Below are positions 63,489-64,000 of a stretch of 64,000 nt of DNA, piece after piece. Under the pieces are notes generated by a model that worked only from the letters and a program-made list of their open reading frames with translations, made no database searches and was not told where the DNA came from. How positions within the stretch are numbered: position 1 is the first letter of the stretch; each line of letters begins with the position of its first letter. The stretch spans positions 97,298 through 161,297 of the forward strand of contig CBDDDG010000002.1 of assembly GCA_965226555.1 (NCBI GenBank). Reading direction: 5' to 3'. A program made the translations under genes and the position numbers. Origin of the DNA: Salinispira sp. GTDB lineage: Bacteria > Spirochaetota > Spirochaetia > DSM-27196 > Salinispiraceae.

Positions 63489-64000
63489 GTGTTTAAGCGT
63501 CTTGGACGGTTCATTACAACGGTTTTCATTGGGGGCATTGGGGTCATTTTCCCGGTGGCAGTGCTCTTTTTCTTTTTCAGCTGGTTGTTCAGGATCATTT
63601 CCGCGGCCATCCTCCCCATTACCATGCAGATAAACCAATGGCTGAACATTTCAGTAAGCCTTGCCTCCATTCTCTCAATAGTCGTTATTCTCACAAGCTG
63701 CTTTTTCATCGGCCTCTTCGTAAAGACCAAAACAGGACACTTCGTACACAACAAGCTCGAAAAATACTTCCTCAGCCGAATTCCCGGATACCGCCTTCTC
63801 AGAGAGGCGGCAAAACCCTTTTTCAACCCCGAAAAGAGTGTCATTTTCACAAAACCGGTACTCATTCGTCCCTATGCCAACGACACATGGATGACCGCCT
63901 TCATAACAGATCATCATACACCGAGCAAAACATACACGGCCTTTGTTCCAACCAGCCCAAACCCGACAAACGGACTGGTATTTCATGTTCCCGAAGATCG
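63489..64000 (+). CDS. DUF502-family membrane protein (partial)
   Basis: GGAGG SD; ...RIPGY...FVPTSPNPTNG; open to the window end. Confidence 0.8.
   Translation, partial: MFKRLGRFITTVFIGGIGVIFPVAVLFFFFSWLFRIISAAILPITMQINQWLNISVSLASILSIVVILTSCFFIGLFVKTKTGHFVHNKLEKYFLSRIPGYRLLREAAKPFFNPEKSVIFTKPVLIRPYANDTWMTAFITDHHTPSKTYTAFVPTSPNPTNGLVFHVPED

Overview
Bacterial chromosomal window, most likely from a Spirochaetales organism. This is an inference from spirochaete-type STAS/Zn-ribbon, lipoprotein, HisE and PheA architectures; the FN3/DUF285 lipoprotein expansion hints at a host-associated lifestyle. The housekeeping backbone is tkt, leuB, a TRAP transporter with a glycerophosphodiesterase, mgtC, hisA/hisE, leuS, maltodextrin ABC genes with two GH13 enzymes, CPA2/EIIA, pheA, pspA, secA and argB/D/G. 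Accessory DNA: (1) a defence-type cluster at 1.2-6 kb (adenine MTase, broken Fic, HEPN/MNT, YhcG). (2) A 3.15-kb AT-rich NYN-nuclease + NACHT/STAND-NTPase cassette bounded by a 21-bp direct repeat that replaces the 3' end of the host gene. (3) Four Rpn/YhgA nuclease paralogues, each beside a repeat-rich surface lipoprotein gene and each with a nested SD+ATG for a C-terminal small protein. Two Rpn copies are split by 103/130-nt all-hairpin inserts from a dispersed TA-flanked palindrome family; removing the two inserts from the 43-44 kb copy restores a complete ORF. One lipoprotein gene is out of frame at an A8G7 slippery tract, and an orphan C-terminal lipoprotein cassette sits next to it. No rRNA, tRNA or CRISPR array was recognised. 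All family assignments come from motif recognition by eye, not database searches.
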